DNA of 63,247 nucleotides, counting the filler, from Olpidium bornovanus S191 (Eukaryota > Fungi > Olpidiomycota): NCBI GenBank assembly GCA_017911155.1. It is 29 parts of 29 records of this genome, joined end to end, with 100 filler letters (N's around TTAATTAATTAA, not from the genome) between each part and the next. Parts side by side here need not be neighbours in the genome. Positions count along the whole stretch, not along the records: positions 58,916 to 60,401 come from JAEFCI010005411.1; positions 60,502 to 62,065 come from JAEFCI010012285.1; positions 62,166 to 63,247 come from JAEFCI010007132.1; 26 more parts are not named here. One strand, given 5' to 3'. The notes beneath the pieces were generated by a model. That model saw only the letters and a list, made by a program, of their open reading frames with translations, had not been told where the DNA came from and ran no database searches. Made by a program: the position numbers and the translations under genes. Shown here one piece after another: positions 58,916 through 63,247 of the stretch. Position 1 is the stretch's first letter; every line of letters starts with the position of its first letter.

Positions 58916-59480
58916 CATCAAGCCGCTGGCCGTGTCGTCGTACAACCACCTCGGCAACAATGACGGCAAAAACCTGTCAGCACCGCAGCAGTTTCGCAGT
59001 AAGGAGGTTTCGAAATCGAACGTGGTGGACGACATGGTGGCCGCGAACAACGTGCTGTACGCGGAGGGCGAGCGCCCGGACCACCTGGTGGTGATCAAAT
59101 ACATGCCGGCGGTCGGCGACAGCAAGCGCGCCCTGGACGAGTACGTTTCGGAGATTTTCATGGGCGGCCGCAACACGATTTCTGTCTACAACACGTGCGA
59201 GGACTCGCTGCTTGCGGCCCCGCTGATCCTGGACCTGGCCGTCCTCACCGAGCTGATGACGCGGGTGCGCTACCGCACGGATCCGGCCGCAGAGTTCCAA
59301 CCCTTCCACGCCGTTCTGTCCGTCCTCTCCTACATGCTCAAGGCGCCCCTCGTGCCCCCCGGCACGCCGGTCGTCAACGCGCTGGCGAAGCAGCGTTCCG
59401 CGCTGGAGAACATTTTCCGAGCTTGCGTCGGCCTGCCGCCGCAGAACGACATGCTCCTCGAGCACAAGGCCTTCCAGTGA
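58916..59480 (+). CDS. INO1: Myo-inositol-1-phosphate synthase, C-terminal part
   Basis: [32 protein letters not shown]; DSKRALDEY; [16 protein letters not shown]; SYMLKAP; NALAKQR. Confidence 0.98.
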
Positions 59481-60036
59481 CCCGAATTCCCGCCCCCTGC
59501 CGTTTCTGTTGAGGCGAACGGGTTTTTGAGGACGTCCCCGCTTTTTTTTTTTTGACTCGCATCTCGGATGATTTTTGTTTTGCGCGCTGTTAATTCCTCT
59601 TCGGTTCTCTGAGAATCGCGATGGACGATTCGTCTTTTGGCGGGATGCGAAAACTGCTGTAACGTTTGCTTAGGGCGCCGGCGTTTCCCGGAAGTGTGGA
59701 GGCGCGGTTTGCTCCGTTTCACGGAAATAAAACGGAGCGGCTTCCGAATTTTGCGTCTTCAGACGGCGAATCCGGTTAACCCCCCATCCCCCCCTCCCCA
59801 AACCTTCCGGTGCTGTTCCTCGCCGGCGTATCGTAGGTGGAGATGGGGGCCGGCCCTGCCAGGGACACCTGGCTGGGATGCGCGAAGGGATCTTCGTCAT
59901 CCGGAATGTGGCGGCGGGGACAGTTTGCTTGCGCACGCGCGGATAGGGATAGGTCCTCGCGCGTGCCGCATCGGTGCGACCTTCTTCGCCCGCCGCCGGC
60001 TCCTCTGCATCGAAACCGGAGACAGTCCCGTAAACG

Positions 60037-60074
<38 letters not shown>

Positions 60075-60517
60075 CCCGCCCCCCCCAACACCCCCCCCCC
60101 CCCCCCCCCCCACCGGTCAGGAACCACGCGTGCGAATGCACGCACCTCCCGCGCACCCTCCCGGCCCCGCGCCCTTCCCGCACGTGGTTGCTCCGACGAC
60201 CTGGGGCGCATCGGGGAGCGCGTCGGGGAGGCCCCCGGTGACGGGGCACGGGGTTTTGCCCAGAAAAGAGGACAAATCGTCATGTAACGTCCGAAATTGG
60301 TCCCGTCCCACACAGCTTCTACCTTTTTGATCGGCTCATACAAACTCCGTAAAAGTCTACCGGCTCCCTGAACCCAATGAAACCTGTAATGCGCTCCTAA
60401 CNNNNNNNNNNNNNNNNNNNNNNNNNNNNNNNNNNNNNNNNNNNNTTAATTAATTAANNNNNNNNNNNNNNNNNNNNNNNNNNNNNNNNNNNNNNNNNNN
60501 NCGGCGCCCCCCGGGGG

Positions 60518-60582
<65 letters not shown>

Positions 60583-60614
60583 AGAGAGAGAGAGAGGGAA
60601 CGTCACCCACCGCC

Positions 60615-62065
60615 ATGGCCGGCGACCGGACGACGATCGTCGCCGCCGCCGCCAAGGCGAAGAAGGCCCGGCGCGACGCAGAGGCCGACGCCCGAGCAGA
60701 GGCACCAGCACCAGCACCAGCACCAGAACCAGCACCAGCACTAGCACCACCACCACCAGCAGCAGCAGCACCAGCAGCACCACCACCACCACCACCACCG
60801 GCCGCGCCGGGCACTCCCGCCCGCGCGACGAGCGCCGCCACCTCCTTCGAAGAGCTGGTAAGACGGGCGGCGGCGGCGGCGGCGGCGGCAACGGTAAACT
60901 GCCGGTATGCGTTCGCGCCTCCACCCCTTCCCGACTTGCCGCGCGAAAAGGAGGAGGAAGGGGGGGGGTTGGGTAGGGCCACAGGCGTCTGCTTTCTCCG
61001 CTTTTAAGCACCTTCCCCCCCCCCCCGTCGTCGTTCGCCCCGGGGTTTTCGCCGCCGCGGTTCACTGAACCCACACCTTTCGCCGTGCCCGCGGACACAG
61101 GGAGTCATGGAAGAGCTCTGCCAGGCGTGCAGGACCCTGAACTACAAAGAGCCGACGGAAATCCAAAAGCAGGCGATACCGTTTGGCCTGGAAGGTAAAA
61201 AGCGAAAGCCGGACGGGTAGTGGAAGAAAAACGTCGTCCGTCTTTTGCTAAGGCGGAACCGTTTTTACAAACGGTTCGTGGAACCGTAGGTCGGGACATA
61301 ATAGGCCTGGCGCAGACCGGTTCGGGAAAGACGGCGGCCTTCGCGATCCCGATCCTCCAGAAGCTGGCCGAGATCCGCACGCCCCTTTTTGCCGTGGTCC
61401 TGGCGCCCACGCGCGAGCTGGCCTTCCAGATCCAGGCGTCGTTCGACTCGCTGGGCTCTGTGCTGGGCGTGAAGACGGCGTGCATCGTCGGCGGAATGGA
61501 CATGGTCTCGCAGGCGATCGTGCTGAGCAAGCGGCCTCACGTCATCGTGGCCACCCCCGGCCGCCTGCAGGACCACCTGGAGAACACCAAGGGGTTCAAC
61601 CTAAAGCGGCTCAAGTTTCTTGTCATGGACGAGGCGGACCGTCTGCTCGACATGGACTTTGGCCCGGTCATCGAGCAGATCCTCAAGGTCATCCCGCGCG
61701 AGCGGACCACGTACTTGTTCTCCGCCACAATGACCTCAAAGGTCGCCAAACTACAAAGGGCGTCCCTGTCGAACCCCGTCAAGGTGGAGGTTTCGACCAA
61801 GTGAGTTTCTCTTTTTCCGGCTCGCCGGTCCACGGCCTTCATCTGCCGTCCCGGAGCTTCGACGGCGGTCCCATGATTTCCGATGCGGCCGCAGCGTTCG
61901 TGTGCGCTTGCTTCTGACCTCTGCGGCCACTTCTTTTCTTTCCAAAAAAGGTATTCGACCGTGTCCACGCTGCTCCAGTACTACCACTTCCTACCCTTCA
62001 AGCATAAAGACGCCTACCTGGTCTTCCTGCTCAACGAATTCACCGGCAGCTCGGTGATCATCTTC
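60615..62065 (+). CDS. RRP3: DEAD-box rRNA helicase Rrp3/DDX47, 3' truncated
   Basis: SFEEL | [10 protein letters not shown] | [55 protein letters not shown] | [11 protein letters not shown]. Confidence 0.96.
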
Positions 62066-62165
62066 NNNNNNNNNNNNNNNNNNNNNNNNNNNNNNNNNNN
62101 NNNNNNNNNTTAATTAATTAANNNNNNNNNNNNNNNNNNNNNNNNNNNNNNNNNNNNNNNNNNNN

Positions 62166-62729
62166 AGGAAGAGCCTGAGCTCGGTGGTCAACGTGCTCGC
62201 CGGCGCGCTGTACTCGCTGTTCTCCGCACCAGGTAATGAGAATTTCAAGATAAGAAGAAAGGAACCAAATAGAGTGGCGGACATGTCGCGCGTTTTAAGA
62301 GAACAGACAGTCGGAAAACGGGGAGATCGGGGGCCGATATCTCGTCTGTTTTGATCATCAGCGCAACTACCGACACTAATTATTCTGCCCTGTGCGCGGT
62401 TTCCGTCGGGCTATTATTTTTCACTTCCGCTCCCCCCCCTCTTCCCACCCCCCCCCTCCCCCACACACACCCCGTTTTTCGCCGCGCTTTCCACTTTGCC
62501 TGTGCAGACGAGCAGCTCGGTGCGCTCCGCGACGCGTGCCTCGAGTACTTTAGAAGAGGAGGTAGTTGCGTCGAGGGCCCGGTCGGACTGCTCTCCGGGT
62601 GAGTTCCCCACACATTCTCTTTGGGCGAATACTTTATGTGTGCTTTGACGCGGACCAGCTTCTGCCCACCGGCCGACGCTGATGTCCGCCCGGCACGCCC
62701 GAACATCCTTCCGTCCGTTTCCCCTCCCC

Positions 62730-62770
<41 letters not shown>

Positions 62771-63079
62771 TTCCCCTCTCCCGGCCGGCCGAACTATTCC
62801 AGGCTGACGCCGTCCCCGCCGACCTTGGTCTACCACTTCTTTGCGGTGGCCGCGGTCGGGATGCGCGCCGCGTTTCGGCGACCGGGCGGCGGCGCGGCGG
62901 AGGCGGCGCTGCTGCTGGGCAAAGCCGCGGCGGTCATCGGCCCGCTCCTGGTCGACGAGCTCCGCCACGGCAGCAGCGGCGCCCCCGCCGGGCTTTTCGC
63001 CGACGCCCTGGCGCTGCCGACCTTCGCCCTGTTCTCGGCGTGGCTGGCGCTGCTGGTCTCGCTGGTCGTGTACACGTGA
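62166..63079 (+). CDS. ERG1: Squalene epoxidase, C-terminal part
   Basis: SVVNVLAGALYSLF | LRDACLEYFRRGGSCVEGPVGLLSG | LTPSPPTLVYHFFAVA..LGKAAAVIGPLLVDEL matches the SQLE C-terminus. Confidence 0.92.
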
Positions 63080-63082
63080 AGG

Positions 63083-63133
<51 letters not shown>

Positions 63134-63247
63134 GCGTGGAGACGTAAATGTATGTATGTTTTTATTTGCGTATGTATGTATATTAAAGTGTGCAGCGTCC
63201 AGTTTTTTTGGCCCCGCTTTTCCAGAAAAAAAAAACCAAAAAGGGAA

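Noticed and set aside
60310-60345. LYEPIKK as a mitochondrial carrier motif
   Set aside because: The upstream context (GRLLRS) lacks the carrier pattern and no PxD/ExxK/R signature is present.

Overview
This window is not one locus. It is 29 short contigs (1.0-4.5 kb) joined by 28 identical artificial 100-bp linkers (44 N + TTAATTAATTAA + 44 N), so neighbours across a linker are not evidence of linkage. The DNA is eukaryotic, GC-rich and intron-rich, with very long poly-A/T and poly-G/C tracts. The gene set is fungal (GRR1-like F-box/LRR, FLC/TRP-like channel, Boi1-like SH3-SAM, Apa-type Ap4A phosphorylase, Rrp14) but includes two centriole/cilium genes, delta-tubulin and BROMI/TBC1D32. That points to a zoosporic (flagellated) fungus; an Olpidium-like organism is a guess. 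Other recognisable, mostly partial, genes: SOF1/DCAF13, kynureninase, ACMSD, a GT61-like glycosyltransferase, a Tra2-like RRM protein, an LRR protein, a CAMK-type kinase, holocytochrome c synthase, an NDP-glucose 4,6-dehydratase, INO1, RRP3 and ERG1. There are also relics of Ty1/copia, Ty3/gypsy, a CCHC gag and a probable DIRS element. No CRISPR array, rRNA or tRNA was seen. The best leads are a roughly 160-aa insertion and motif changes in delta-tubulin, a strong excess of CATG exactly at contig ends (probably technical), an atypical GT61 motif, a kinase P-loop without glycines, a GC-AG intron, and TE stop codons consistent with C-to-T mutation. I found no clearly new multi-gene system, and the fragmentation would hide one. 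Family assignments come from motif recognition by eye, not database searches.
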